Under the pieces are notes generated by a model that was not told the DNA's origin, did no database searches, and was given only the letters and a program-made list of their open reading frames with translations. From positions 1 through 64,000 of IMG/VR virus record IMGVR_UViG_3300020190_000010: a stretch of DNA of 64,000 nt. One strand, given 5' to 3'. Source of the DNA: a virus. Positions 48,047 through 59,100 of the stretch are shown here, piece by piece (the stretch's first letter is position 1; each line of letters begins with the position of its first letter). The translations under genes were made by a program, and so were the position numbers.

Positions 48047-49330
48047 ATGAAAATAGATAGACTTAAAATAAATAAATACATTCTTGAATTATTAAAAAGT
48101 TACGTTGATTTTGTAAAAGAAAACGATTTTGTAACTCCAGATAAAATTACTGTATTAAATCGCACAACAAGTGGTTCAGTTTTTCCAGAAATAGAGTTCA
48201 TAAATGAAGCTCTAAATCTTGGTGTTCCATCATTAAACTATAAGGAATTATCGAAAGAAACCGATTATACACCTGCCATAAAAAAACAAACTACAAGAGG
48301 TTTATTTGGGTGTGCAACAAATGAAAAATTGGAAACATTCTATACTGGTTCAGTATTATCCAATCAACAAAATTATTATATGTCTGTTTATGATAAATTG
48401 CCAAGTGATATAAATACACATCACGAATTTGATATTGCATATGCACATATATCTGGATCAGGTTCTTCATATACACAAATAGACGGAACATATACAACAG
48501 AATTTTTGCCAGCAAAAACTATGTTTCGTAAATATATGTTAGATTGTTTTGATAAAACTGATGGTAAATTTGAATTTAAGAATGGTGCAAACGGTAACTA
48601 TTTTTATGTTTTACATTTTAATAGACAATCATTTAAGGACAGGTTAGATCCTGGTAATTTTCAAATGACTATTTCTCCCATTGTTTCAAATCCAAATCAA
48701 TTATACAATACAGGAAGTAATTTTTATTTCAATACTGCATCAAATACTATATTTACATTGATAGATGATAGTTCTGACTCAAAAGAACAAATAACATACA
48801 TGGAAGAAGTAAAAGATTATTACTACCTTGTTTCTGGATCTCTTTTAGATGGTGTATATGATGATAGTGGTTCAAATGCTTGGGGTATAGTTATTCCAAA
48901 AAAGGGTATTGTTATTTTAGATGGTGTTGTTTTGGATCAATCATGTTCATTTAATACCGTTACTGCTTCTATTGATGGTGATAACATTAAAAAATTATTT
49001 TATGCAATAAGTGGTTCAACTGCACCAAATAGTGTAAGAAATAACTATGGTTCTTGGTTTGCTAGATCATCGGAATGTAATTTAGTAGAAACATATTTTT
49101 GTAGAGTTCGACCAAATGAAATGAGTTATTCAAATAATCCTACTTATGTAAGTGGTAGTAATAAAGAACTACGCTATAAATCACCAGTAGATGATTCATT
49201 TGCTTACATAACAACCGTTGGTTTGTATAATAATAAAAGACAACTTATTGCAGTTGGTAAATTAGAAAAACCAATTCTAAAAAAGAAGAGCGATGAATGT
49301 ATATTTCAAGTTAAAGTGAGAACAAACTAA
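48047..49330 (+). CDS. tail-collar-like structural protein, paralog 4
   Basis: FDIAYAH, LDPGNF, LIDDS, YITTVGLYN..LIAVGKL. Confidence 0.75.
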   Translation: MKIDRLKINKYILELLKSYVDFVKENDFVTPDKITVLNRTTSGSVFPEIEFINEALNLGVPSLNYKELSKETDYTPAIKKQTTRGLFGCATNEKLETFYTGSVLSNQQNYYMSVYDKLPSDINTHHEFDIAYAHISGSGSSYTQIDGTYTTEFLPAKTMFRKYMLDCFDKTDGKFEFKNGANGNYFYVLHFNRQSFKDRLDPGNFQMTISPIVSNPNQLYNTGSNFYFNTASNTIFTLIDDSSDSKEQITYMEEVKDYYYLVSGSLLDGVYDDSGSNAWGIVIPKKGIVILDGVVLDQSCSFNTVTASIDGDNIKKLFYAISGSTAPNSVRNNYGSWFARSSECNLVETYFCRVRPNEMSYSNNPTYVSGSNKELRYKSPVDDSFAYITTVGLYNNKRQLIAVGKLEKPILKKKSDECIFQVKVRTN

Positions 49331-51045
49331 TGTCATTTCAATTCGGAAATACAATAAGTGTTGCTTGGAAAAAATTAAAAGCCGGTGATTATACTGTTAG
49401 GTCATTTGAGGCAAATAAACTTTGGAAAATAAACACAGATACAAATGACCAATACTATTACGATAAAATTGGAACAAAAGTATACCGTGCACTATATGCA
49501 GAAAATCATAAGTATTTTGGCAAAGTTGCAAATTTAAGTTCTTCTTTATATGAAAGAGTTTTTACTTCACAAAGTTTAGATCCAAAACTTTTATGGTATC
49601 ATCTTGACCATTCTTTTTATACAGAATATCAAACAGGAAAATTTCCTGTTTATATTACAGAGGATGCAACATTAACATATCTTTGGCAATCAAGTTCAAT
49701 GGTTGTATTTCCAATGGGTGTTTTTGGTGAAGGAATAAAGAAAAAAAGTTTTACTATGACCAATTACAGTAGCACATCTTCAAAAGAATTTACAGTAGTT
49801 GATGACGGATTTGGTAATCTAATAGATACTTCATACGATACTGAACATTTTATACCGATAGAAAATAATCTTCTATATGTTGGTTTCAATGAAAAGTATA
49901 GAGAATACAATTACAAAAATGAAAAATTGGAATATGTATTAGATACTTCGAGAAATAGATATAATGTAAAATTATTTAATCCGAAAAAAATAAGTTACAA
50001 TGATGGAATACCAACAAGTGATACAAATGAATCAACTGGTGTTTCTGCTAATTTATATGGTTCTTATTTTCAAGTAGAAGAAGCACCGTATTTTAATTTT
50101 ACAAGGTTAAACAATTTTGCTTTTAGTTTTTGGATGAAAATACCACCAACACAATCAATGCTTACTTCCGATTACAACGCAATCTTTAATAAAAATACAA
50201 TTGAAAAAAAAGATATAAATGGAATAACATCAACAATTTTAAGTGTTTCGGAACAATATCCATTTGATATTTCATTATTAAATGTGTCATCTTCTTCACC
50301 AAATTCAATAAGATTTAGACAAAGTTCAGAATTAGAGACTGCATTTGTTACTTCAAGTGCATTAACGCCAAATTCTTGGTATCATGTTGTGTGTCAGAAA
50401 ACAGGAAGCAATTATCAAATATGGTTAAACGGTGCATTAAATGCATCTTCAAGTGCATTCGTTTCAAATAAAATACTAAATAATAACAATTTTTATATTG
50501 GTGATGATGGAACTGGAACAAAATGTTTATCTGGTTCTTTGGATGAAATTCGTATTTACAAAAAAGGTTTAACCTCAAATCAAATAAATTCTTTGTATGA
50601 TAACAGTTTTGAAACAGGATCTGCATATCAAACCAATAGAATTGGCAATATATTTTACAAAAAAGGAATTGTTGTTGTTTCTGATCCAAGACCTAAATAT
50701 GCAAATACATTTTTAGGTGAAACTGGTAATTTTGATTACAATGATTTAACAGATGGTTTTTATGGACAATTTAGAAGCACAACAACAATGTATGAACATG
50801 AAATTGTTTGTAAAATTCGCAAACATGAATTTAATTATACACAAAATCCATCTATATTAAAAGATGTGCAATCCGGTCCTTCATTATTAGATACCTATGT
50901 AACTAATCCATATTTCAATCCATACATAACAACAGTTGGATTATACAATAAAGATAGAGAGTTAGTTGCAGTTGCTAAAGTGGCAAATCCGATAGAAAAA
51001 AGAGACGATGTAGATATGAATATCATTGTAAGGTTTGATATGTAA
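49330..51045 (+). CDS. LamG-domain structural protein, paralog 5
   Basis: FSFWMK, WYHVV, IWLNG, GSLDEIRIY; C-terminal YITTVGLYN..LVAVAKV. Confidence 0.8.
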   Translation: MSFQFGNTISVAWKKLKAGDYTVRSFEANKLWKINTDTNDQYYYDKIGTKVYRALYAENHKYFGKVANLSSSLYERVFTSQSLDPKLLWYHLDHSFYTEYQTGKFPVYITEDATLTYLWQSSSMVVFPMGVFGEGIKKKSFTMTNYSSTSSKEFTVVDDGFGNLIDTSYDTEHFIPIENNLLYVGFNEKYREYNYKNEKLEYVLDTSRNRYNVKLFNPKKISYNDGIPTSDTNESTGVSANLYGSYFQVEEAPYFNFTRLNNFAFSFWMKIPPTQSMLTSDYNAIFNKNTIEKKDINGITSTILSVSEQYPFDISLLNVSSSSPNSIRFRQSSELETAFVTSSALTPNSWYHVVCQKTGSNYQIWLNGALNASSSAFVSNKILNNNNFYIGDDGTGTKCLSGSLDEIRIYKKGLTSNQINSLYDNSFETGSAYQTNRIGNIFYKKGIVVVSDPRPKYANTFLGETGNFDYNDLTDGFYGQFRSTTTMYEHEIVCKIRKHEFNYTQNPSILKDVQSGPSLLDTYVTNPYFNPYITTVGLYNKDRELVAVAKVANPIEKRDDVDMNIIVRFDM

Positions 51046-51046
51046 T

Positions 51047-51454
51047 ATGCGTAGAAATCAAGTTGCAATTAAACATGGTTTTCGTAGTGGTTTGGAAGAT
51101 ATAGTAAATGATATGTTGAAAGAAAACGGTAAATCATTCAGTTACGAAAGTGAAAAAATATCCTACATCCAACCGGAAACTAAACACAATTATACACCAG
51201 ATTTTGTCCTAAACAAAACGGATGGCAACAAAATGTATATTGAAACAAAGGGTAGATGGGTAAAGACAGACCGATTGAAGTTTGATTTGATATTTGACCA
51301 ATATCCTGGTATAGATATTCGTTTTGTATTCCAAAATCCAAATGCAAAATTATACAAAGGAAGTAAAACAACCTATGCTCAATACTGTGATAAGAAAGGG
51401 TGGCGTTGGGCAAAGAAAGAAATACCAGAGGAATGGTTGAAAGAATGCTTGTAA
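51047..51454 (+). CDS. T7 endonuclease I-like Holliday junction resolvase
   Basis: FRSGLE, YTPDF, IETKGR, DIRFVF, TTYAQYCDKKG. Confidence 0.9.
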   Translation: MRRNQVAIKHGFRSGLEDIVNDMLKENGKSFSYESEKISYIQPETKHNYTPDFVLNKTDGNKMYIETKGRWVKTDRLKFDLIFDQYPGIDIRFVFQNPNAKLYKGSKTTYAQYCDKKGWRWAKKEIPEEWLKECL

Positions 51455-51513
51455 TTGTAACAAATTTTTCTTATATTTATTGGTATACCAAGTATTTTTT
51501 TTGGAGATTATGA

Positions 51514-51813
51514 ATGAATAAACAAAGAATGCAAAAACTTGCTGGTCTTTTGAAGGAAAACATCAATGAAGCCAGTGGTAAAATCAATGCGAAAATTACA
51601 GCTGTTGAATTTGATTTTGAATCAGATGACGATTATGGGGATGTATCTCCAGCAGAACAGAAAAAATTTGTTGCTTCTGTAATAGGTAAAACGTATCAAG
51701 TTGATGACGAAGATGAAATTGCAGACGCTATTTCAGACGATACAGGGTGGTTAGTAATGAGTTTACAATACGAACTTCAAGATGCAATAGTTCAACGTAA
51801 AATGAAAAAGTAA
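51514..51813 (+). CDS. small acidic protein with RMQKLAGLLKE N-terminus
   Basis: SD GGAG; upstream TATATTTAT. Confidence 0.7.
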   Translation: MNKQRMQKLAGLLKENINEASGKINAKITAVEFDFESDDDYGDVSPAEQKKFVASVIGKTYQVDDEDEIADAISDDTGWLVMSLQYELQDAIVQRKMKK

Positions 51814-51831
51814 AATCTTCTTAAAGAAGCC

Positions 51832-51987
51832 ATGGGGCTAACCATAGACCAAAATCTTCCGAATGCTACCAACAAAATTACATCATTCAGCAATGAATAT
51901 TGGAATAAAATACGGGAGTATGAAAGAAATACGGTGGAACCTTTCACGGAGCGGTTGGCAGAAGAATGGTTAAAAGAATGCTTGTAA
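51832..51987 (+). pseudogene. 51-aa ORF or gene remnant ending in the duplicated resolvase tail
   Basis: MGLTIDQ...LAEEWLKECL; in frame with the upstream ORF beyond TAA at 51811. Confidence 0.4.
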
Positions 51988-52043
51988 TTGTAACAAATTT
52001 TTCTTATATTTGTTACAAGTATTATTTTCCGTAAAGTGTGGTT

Positions 52044-52997
52044 ATGATAAATTACGATTTGTTATCTCTTGTTGAGAAAGTTCTTGGTAAAGGTAGAAGA
52101 ACATCTGGCAACAATTATTCATTCTTCTCACCTTTCATCAGTCATTACAAACCAAAACTTGAAATTGATTTAACTGTAAACAATAACGGTGAAAATCCAT
52201 GGCATTGTTGGGTTAGTAATGCTAAAGGTAGAAGTATAGTTTCACTATTCAAAAAAGTAAAAGCAGGTAAACAATACCTAGATGACTTAAATAAAATACT
52301 CAAAACAAAAAATCTATACATTAAAGATAAATCCGAAACAAAAGAAGAATTGGTTTTACCAAAAGAATTTATCCGTTTATACGAATACCCAAAGATAAAA
52401 GACATTCAAGTAAAAATGCAAATGAAACAAGCATTAAATTATTTGAAATTAAGAGGTATCGGTAGAACGGATATATTGCGTTATGGGATTGGTTATTGTC
52501 CTAATGGTAATTATTCTGGCAGAATTATTGTTCCATCTTATGATGAAAACTTCAATCTAAACTTTTTTGTTTCTCGTTCTATTTTTGAAGAAGATACTCT
52601 AAAATATAAAAATCCAAAATGGAGTAAAGATGTTATTGGATTTGATTGTTTTATTGATTGGGATGAACCGGTTACACTTGTTGAAGGTGTATTCGATGCA
52701 ATTACTGCCAGATATAATGCAGTTCCACTATTCGGCAAAATAATTCAACCAAAACTTCGAGAAAGAATTTTGTTGCGTAAACCACCAAAAATAATTGTTG
52801 CACTTGATAATGATGCTTATTCGGATGCCATAAAAATATCCTCATCACTTCTTTCAGAAGGTATAAATGTATCAATAGTTCAAATGCAAAGTAAAGATAT
52901 AAATGAAATGGGTTTCAAAGATTTTTCAAGTTTGAAATCAGTTACACCACCAACAGACAGTTATGATATAATTAAACAGAGGATATTGTATGCGTAA
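52044..52997 (+). CDS. DnaG-type DNA primase
   Basis: GRIIVPS, KYKNP, TOPRIM LVEGVFDA and ALDNDA; promoter TGCTTG-N20-TATATTTG at 51979-52012. Confidence 0.9.
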   Translation: MINYDLLSLVEKVLGKGRRTSGNNYSFFSPFISHYKPKLEIDLTVNNNGENPWHCWVSNAKGRSIVSLFKKVKAGKQYLDDLNKILKTKNLYIKDKSETKEELVLPKEFIRLYEYPKIKDIQVKMQMKQALNYLKLRGIGRTDILRYGIGYCPNGNYSGRIIVPSYDENFNLNFFVSRSIFEEDTLKYKNPKWSKDVIGFDCFIDWDEPVTLVEGVFDAITARYNAVPLFGKIIQPKLRERILLRKPPKIIVALDNDAYSDAIKISSSLLSEGINVSIVQMQSKDINEMGFKDFSSLKSVTPPTDSYDIIKQRILYA

Positions 52998-55900
52998 AGA
53001 AACATTATGGTCATTCGCTATTAGTGAAGTTGAAAAGATATTACACATATCGGATGTTCATATTCGCAATCTAAAAAGACATGACGAATATCGTAGTGTA
53101 TTCAAAAAACTTTATGATGTTTGTAGAAGTAAAGTTGCTGAAAACAAAAATACTATCATATATCTTGCCGGTGATATTGTTCATGCAAAAACAGATATGA
53201 CTCCGGAACTTGTGGAAATGGTTACAGAATTTCTTGATACTATTTCAAGAATTGCACCAACAATTTTGATTGCTGGTAATCACGATTGTAACTTAAATAA
53301 CATGAGTAGAATGGATGCACTTTCACCAATTGTATCACTATTGACAGATGAAAAAAATCAATTATTTTATTTGAAACAGAGTGGTATTTACTATTTACAA
53401 AATGTTGATTTTGTTCTTAACTCGGTTTATGAAAATCCAAAAGATTTTATTTTGGCAAAAGATGTGGTTGGAAACAGAACAAAAATAGTATTGTATCATG
53501 GACCCGTTGATAGAGCAGCAACCGATACCGGTGTTCTTATGAAACATAATGATGTAAAGATTGAAATGTTTGATGGATTTGATTATGGAATGTTTGGCGA
53601 TATTCATAAGTTTCAATATCTTGACGTTGATGGGAAGTTTGCTTATGCAGGTTCACTCATACAACAAAATTATGGTGAAGGTTTAGTTCATGGTATTATT
53701 GAATGGGATATTAAGAATAAGAAATCAAAGTTTATTGAAATTGAAAACGATTGGTCATATCACACTATTGATGTTGAAAACGGTAAAATTAAAAAGTTGC
53801 CAACAAAATGGACAAAGTATAATTCAATTAGATTGCGTATAACCAACACACCCCATTCCGAAGTCAGTCAAATAATGACTGAATTAAAGTCATTGACAAA
53901 TGTTATAGATATTAGAACACAACATCTTGTTGGTTCAAGTAATGGCAATGTTCAAACAAAAGTAAATCCAATTGGTAAAATTCGTGATGTTGAATATCAG
54001 AACAAATTGATTACTAATTATGTAAATGACAAGTTTACGGTAACGGATGATATACTTGAAAAGATTAGGGGTATCAACAGAAATGTAAATACCAAATTAT
54101 CAGAAAGTGATGTTGTTCGTAATCTTATATGGAAACCAATTTCATTTGAATTTGAAAATATGTTTTCATATGGAAAGGGTAACAGAATACAATTAGATGG
54201 GATGAATGGAATATACGGATTGTTTGCTCCAAATGCAAGTGGTAAGTCTTCCATTCTTGATGCAATTATGTTCTGTCTATTTGATAAATGCTCGAGAACA
54301 TTCAAAGCAGCACAAGTTCTCAATAATAAAAAAGATAACTTTCAATGTAAACTACATTTTATGATTGGTGAGAAAAACTTTTACATAAAGAGAGTTGCCA
54401 CGAAAGAAAAGAAAGGAAATGTAAAAGTTAATGTAGATTTTTGGTATGAAGAAAACGGTGACTTGGTATCACTCAACGGCGAAGACCGTGATGGGACTAA
54501 TTACGCCATACGGAAGTATATTGGAAATTACGATGATTTTGTCCTAACGGCAATGTCATTGCAGGGTAATAATACAAACTTCGTAGATAAAGCACAAAAG
54601 GATAGAAAAGATTTGTTGGCACAATTCTTTGACTTAAATTTATTCGAGGAATTAAACATTATTGCTACGGATGAAGTCAAGGGATTGCAGGCATTGGTCA
54701 AGGAATTTAAGAAACAAGACCATTCAACAAAATTAGCAGATGCCATCGGTATTCATAAAGCAAATACAATACTTTTGGAAGAAACAACTGACCAGAAGGG
54801 TTATATTGAGAAAAAAATAGAAAAATTAACCGTTTCAATTTCAGAATTGAATAAAAAACTAATTCCAATTGCAGACAATTTTTCTTCAAAATCTGTCCAA
54901 TCATTATTGGATAAGAGATATTTATTAGATAGAAAGAGTAATGATTTAATAAATGAAATAAAGTCATTAGAAGATGAATTAGATGATGCTAAGACATCAC
55001 ACTCGAAGTATCTTGGTTTATCGAAAGAGTTTGATAAAGAAACTCTGATGGTAAGAAAAGAAAGAATTGACATTGTTCGTAACAGAATAACTGAACTTGA
55101 AGCTGATTTGCGTAGTGTAAAGTTAAAAGTTCAACATTGTCAAGATAAAATTGATAATTTGAAAGATCATGAGTATGATCCAAACTGTGAGTTTTGTGTA
55201 AATAATGTATTTGTTAAGGATGCAGAAAGAGCAAAATCACAGATTTGGGGATTTGAACAAGACAGAGATGAATTGAATTTTGAATTGCGTAATTTGAACG
55301 AGGAATTTACAAAAAATTCATTTGTTTATTCTGAATTAGAAAAATTACATTCTCTTGAAAATAGTGCTTTCAAATATGAGAAGCAGATATATTCGGTAGA
55401 AAAACAGATTTTTTCTGCAAAAGAAGAACAGAAAAGAATACATGATGAAATTGGTAACATAGATATTCAGATTGAAAAGTATAAAGAAAATGAAGATGCC
55501 ATCAATCAGAATAACAAAATTCAATCAGAAATTGATGAATTGGAAACTGAAAAGAATACTCTATTAAAAGTTGAATTGAAAAAAATTGATGAAAGTATTT
55601 TAGAGTATAATGGTAATGTAAAGGTTAGTGAAAAGGTAATAGACGAATGTGAAGTATCTATACAAAAGTTGAAAGACCTTGAAAAAGAATATGAAGCATA
55701 CGACTATTACCTAAAGGCAGTAAACAGAAACGGTGTTCCGTATGAATTGATAAGTAATGCTTTGCCAAGTATTCAAGAAGAAACAAATAATATATTGGCA
55801 AACGTGGTCGATTTCCAAGTTCTGTTTGATACAGACGGAAAGAGTATCAATACATACATAGTATATGACGATGACCGTTTTTGGAATTTGGAACTGTCAA

Positions 55901-56169
55901 GTGGTATGGAAAAGTTTATTTCATCACTTGCAATCAGAACAGCATTGATACAAGTTTCGTCTTTACCAAGACCAAACTTTATTGCAATAGATGAAGGATT
56001 GGGTGTTCTTGATCCAACTGTTATGGCAAACTTCTCTCTGTTCATGGAGTATTTGAAAACACAATTTGAATTTGTAATACTTATATCACACATAGATAGT
56101 GTTCGTGATATGGTGGACAATCACATTGAGATTAAAAAAGAAAACGGATTTTCTAAAATAGAGACATAG
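52990..56169 (+). CDS. fused SbcD/Mre11 nuclease - SbcC/Rad50 ATPase (gp47-gp46-like)
   Basis: DVH, GD, GNHD, GDIH phosphoesterase motifs; APNASGKS, CEFC hook, LSSGME, IAIDEG, ISH. Confidence 0.92.
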   Translation: MRKETLWSFAISEVEKILHISDVHIRNLKRHDEYRSVFKKLYDVCRSKVAENKNTIIYLAGDIVHAKTDMTPELVEMVTEFLDTISRIAPTILIAGNHDCNLNNMSRMDALSPIVSLLTDEKNQLFYLKQSGIYYLQNVDFVLNSVYENPKDFILAKDVVGNRTKIVLYHGPVDRAATDTGVLMKHNDVKIEMFDGFDYGMFGDIHKFQYLDVDGKFAYAGSLIQQNYGEGLVHGIIEWDIKNKKSKFIEIENDWSYHTIDVENGKIKKLPTKWTKYNSIRLRITNTPHSEVSQIMTELKSLTNVIDIRTQHLVGSSNGNVQTKVNPIGKIRDVEYQNKLITNYVNDKFTVTDDILEKIRGINRNVNTKLSESDVVRNLIWKPISFEFENMFSYGKGNRIQLDGMNGIYGLFAPNASGKSSILDAIMFCLFDKCSRTFKAAQVLNNKKDNFQCKLHFMIGEKNFYIKRVATKEKKGNVKVNVDFWYEENGDLVSLNGEDRDGTNYAIRKYIGNYDDFVLTAMSLQGNNTNFVDKAQKDRKDLLAQFFDLNLFEELNIIATDEVKGLQALVKEFKKQDHSTKLADAIGIHKANTILLEETTDQKGYIEKKIEKLTVSISELNKKLIPIADNFSSKSVQSLLDKRYLLDRKSNDLINEIKSLEDELDDAKTSHSKYLGLSKEFDKETLMVRKERIDIVRNRITELEADLRSVKLKVQHCQDKIDNLKDHEYDPNCEFCVNNVFVKDAERAKSQIWGFEQDRDELNFELRNLNEEFTKNSFVYSELEKLHSLENSAFKYEKQIYSVEKQIFSAKEEQKRIHDEIGNIDIQIEKYKENEDAINQNNKIQSEIDELETEKNTLLKVELKKIDESILEYNGNVKVSEKVIDECEVSIQKLKDLEKEYEAYDYYLKAVNRNGVPYELISNALPSIQEETNNILANVVDFQVLFDTDGKSINTYIVYDDDRFWNLELSSGMEKFISSLAIRTALIQVSSLPRPNFIAIDEGLGVLDPTVMANFSLFMEYLKTQFEFVILISHIDSVRDMVDNHIEIKKENGFSKIET

Positions 56170-56170
56170 G

Positions 56171-59100
56171 ATGTTAGAAAAGAAACGGTTACCCAGAAAA
56201 TACATAGATGTAAAAACTACCTTTACGGATAGTAATAATAAATCACCAAACATTCTTGATTTGAAATTTATACCCGATGTATTTACTGCCGGTAAAAATA
56301 TATTTAAGATAAAGCCAAATAAAAAAGTAGTTTCTTCAAAGTTTCCAATAGACATAGAAATTCTTGATAAGAATGGTAATCCAATATACCATGAAGTTTT
56401 AGAGTCAAGAGAAAAAACAGATCTAATAAATGTTTCAGTTTATGTTTATGAGACTGTTCCTGCAGGTGAATGCACAATAACTATTCTAGCAACTGTAACT
56501 GTTGATAGAACGGGAAGACCTTTAACTAAAAGCAATATAAAGAAGTATAATTACAAATACAACCACAAACTTTCTGTTGATCCAAAAAAACAAAATGAAA
56601 GCGAAATAATATATTCAAAAGTTCCAGAAGTTTCTATTAAGGAAAAAACATTTTCTGTAATAGAAGAAATAAATACGCCAACAAAATTGGATGTAAAATC
56701 TGGATATGCAAACTATGAGTTAAAAGAAGACGGAACACCAAGATTAACTGCTAGAACAGATTTATTCAATTCCGATTTTGTTAATGGTAAAATAACATTT
56801 GGATCTCTTGCAACAGGATATAGACCAACCGTTCAAACTTCATCATTTCAATATACATCAAGCGTTGATAAGGTAGTTGGACCAAGACAATTAAACTTAA
56901 AAGATGCAGTTTACATAACTGGATCAGATGGGATTTATAGAAAATTAAGTTCTGTTTCAAATCAACCGTATCAAATAGAGTATTACAAAAGTCCAACTAT
57001 TAGAAATATAACACAAAATGTAAAGACATATGCACAGATTGATATTTCTGGATTGGATCCTGAAGTTGGTAATTCATCTAGAATAAAAGTTTTTGCTAGA
57101 AGTGCCGTAAAACCAAATCAATCATATGAGTTAATATATGATGAAAGAGTATTACAAAATAATAGATTGGTAGATACTTCATCAAAATTTATAGATCATC
57201 CAATCGGTATATTTGCAAAAAATGTTACAGTAAAATCTGCTGGAACACAAGTAACATACCAATTAAATTCATCTGCAAGTTATTGGAAAGCGGTATCTGT
57301 AAACGGTGCTCCATCTGCAAATATAACAACTGGATCAGTTGCTAATGATGAAACCTTTGTTGGAATATCAACTGTTGTTGCATCACCTTTAACTGGAATA
57401 CAAGAAATTTTTGTTGAACAAACTTCAAGTGCCGCTACTGAATTTTATGATGATTCTGTTTACAACTTAAAATTCGATTATACCATAAGACCTAGTAAAT
57501 CAGATTCCAGAACTCCAAAATTTAGAGTATATGTAACAGGAAGTGCTTTTGCAAATAATTCTGAATACGGTAGATTGGTTGCAGATATTCCAATTGGTAG
57601 AATATTTGATAATAAAGTAAATAAAGATTACACCGTAAAACTACCTGTTGTAAAAAATGGAACTGGTATAGTTCGTTTTCTTGTAAATGATGGCATAAGA
57701 TTATCGAATATAAGAATACAAGAGGATGTTGATTTTGGTTTTACTCCAAATAGAACAACCATATATGCACCATTGAAACAGGATCATAGAAATGAATATC
57801 TTGATTTTAAGATACAATTTTTTAATGATAGTCTAAAAGAATCAAATGTTTCTGCATCATTTACTAATGCATTTTTTGTTGGTGGAAATAGTTACATATA
57901 CGGTGGAACTAATATAATAACTGGATCTACATTTATTTCTCCATATACTTCAAGTGGTGTTCAATTGTATGCAAACATACAAGCCGGAACATCAGGATCA
58001 GCAATTCAGTCTTATGGTTATAGTGGGGTAAACAATGCAATTCAAAATCCTTCAACTCCTTCTCATTTTGGATGGGGATTAACTCAAGGCAATCCTCATA
58101 GTCAAAGTGTAAATACCTTCTCCGAAACAAATATAAATATGATAAATGAATGTGGATCTATTTTTGATTTTAGAGCAACACCTTCAAATTTTATATTTAC
58201 AATGATTGGTAGTTCTTCATTTCTTGTAGGTAGTAGTGGATCATACAATCCAACATTTGGCACTGCAGGTGCGGCTGGAACATCTGGATGTGATCCAATA
58301 TGTGATGAATCATACATAAAGTGGGATGGGTGTGAAGTAACAATATACAATGCAAATGTAATATCAAGTTCTTTTGTAGGAACATCCGGTATTGGTGGAA
58401 CTGGAACATCAGGAACTTCTGGCACCGATGGATTAAATGGGACATCCGGAACATCTGGAACTTCAGGAAATAATGGTTCATCCGGAACATCTGGATTAGA
58501 TGGGACATTTTTTGGTTCATCTGGTTCATCTGGAACCTCAGGTTCATCAGGAAGTTCTGGCACATCAGGTTCATCAGGAACTTCTGGCACATCAGGTTCA
58601 ACAGGAACATCTGGATTAGATGGGACATTTTTTGGTTCATCCGGAACATCAGGAACTTCTGGCACATCAGGTTCATCAGGAACATCAGGAAGTTCTGGTT
58701 CATCTGGTTCAAGTGGAACTTCTGGCACATCAGGTTCAACAGGAACATCTGGATTAGATGGGACATTTTTTGGTTCATCTGGTTCATCTGGAACCTCAGG
58801 TTCATCAGGAAGTTCTGGTTCATCTGGTTCAAGTGGAACTTCTGGCACATCAGGTTCATCAGGAACTTCTGGATTAGATGGGACATTTTTTGGTTCATCC
58901 GGAACATCAGGAACTTCTGGATTAGATGGGACATTTTTTGGTTCATCCGGAACATCTGGTTCATCCGGAACATCTGGTTCATCCGGAACATCTGGTTCAT
59001 CCGGAACATCTGGTTCATCCGGAACATCTGGTTCATCAGGTTCATTCGGAAGTTCTGGCACATCAGGTTCATCCGGAAGTTCTGGCACATCAGGTTCATC

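Larger units (their letters stand above)
51431..52011 (+). repeat. 48-bp direct repeat (51431-51478 / 51964-52011) flanking an insertion
   Basis: GAATGGTT(G/A)AAAGAATGCTTGTAATTGTAACAAATTTTTCTTATATTT; 47/48 identical. Confidence 0.9.

Noticed and set aside
51431-52011. IS element with target-site duplication
   Set aside because: No transposase or terminal inverted repeats; 48 bp is far longer than a typical TSD
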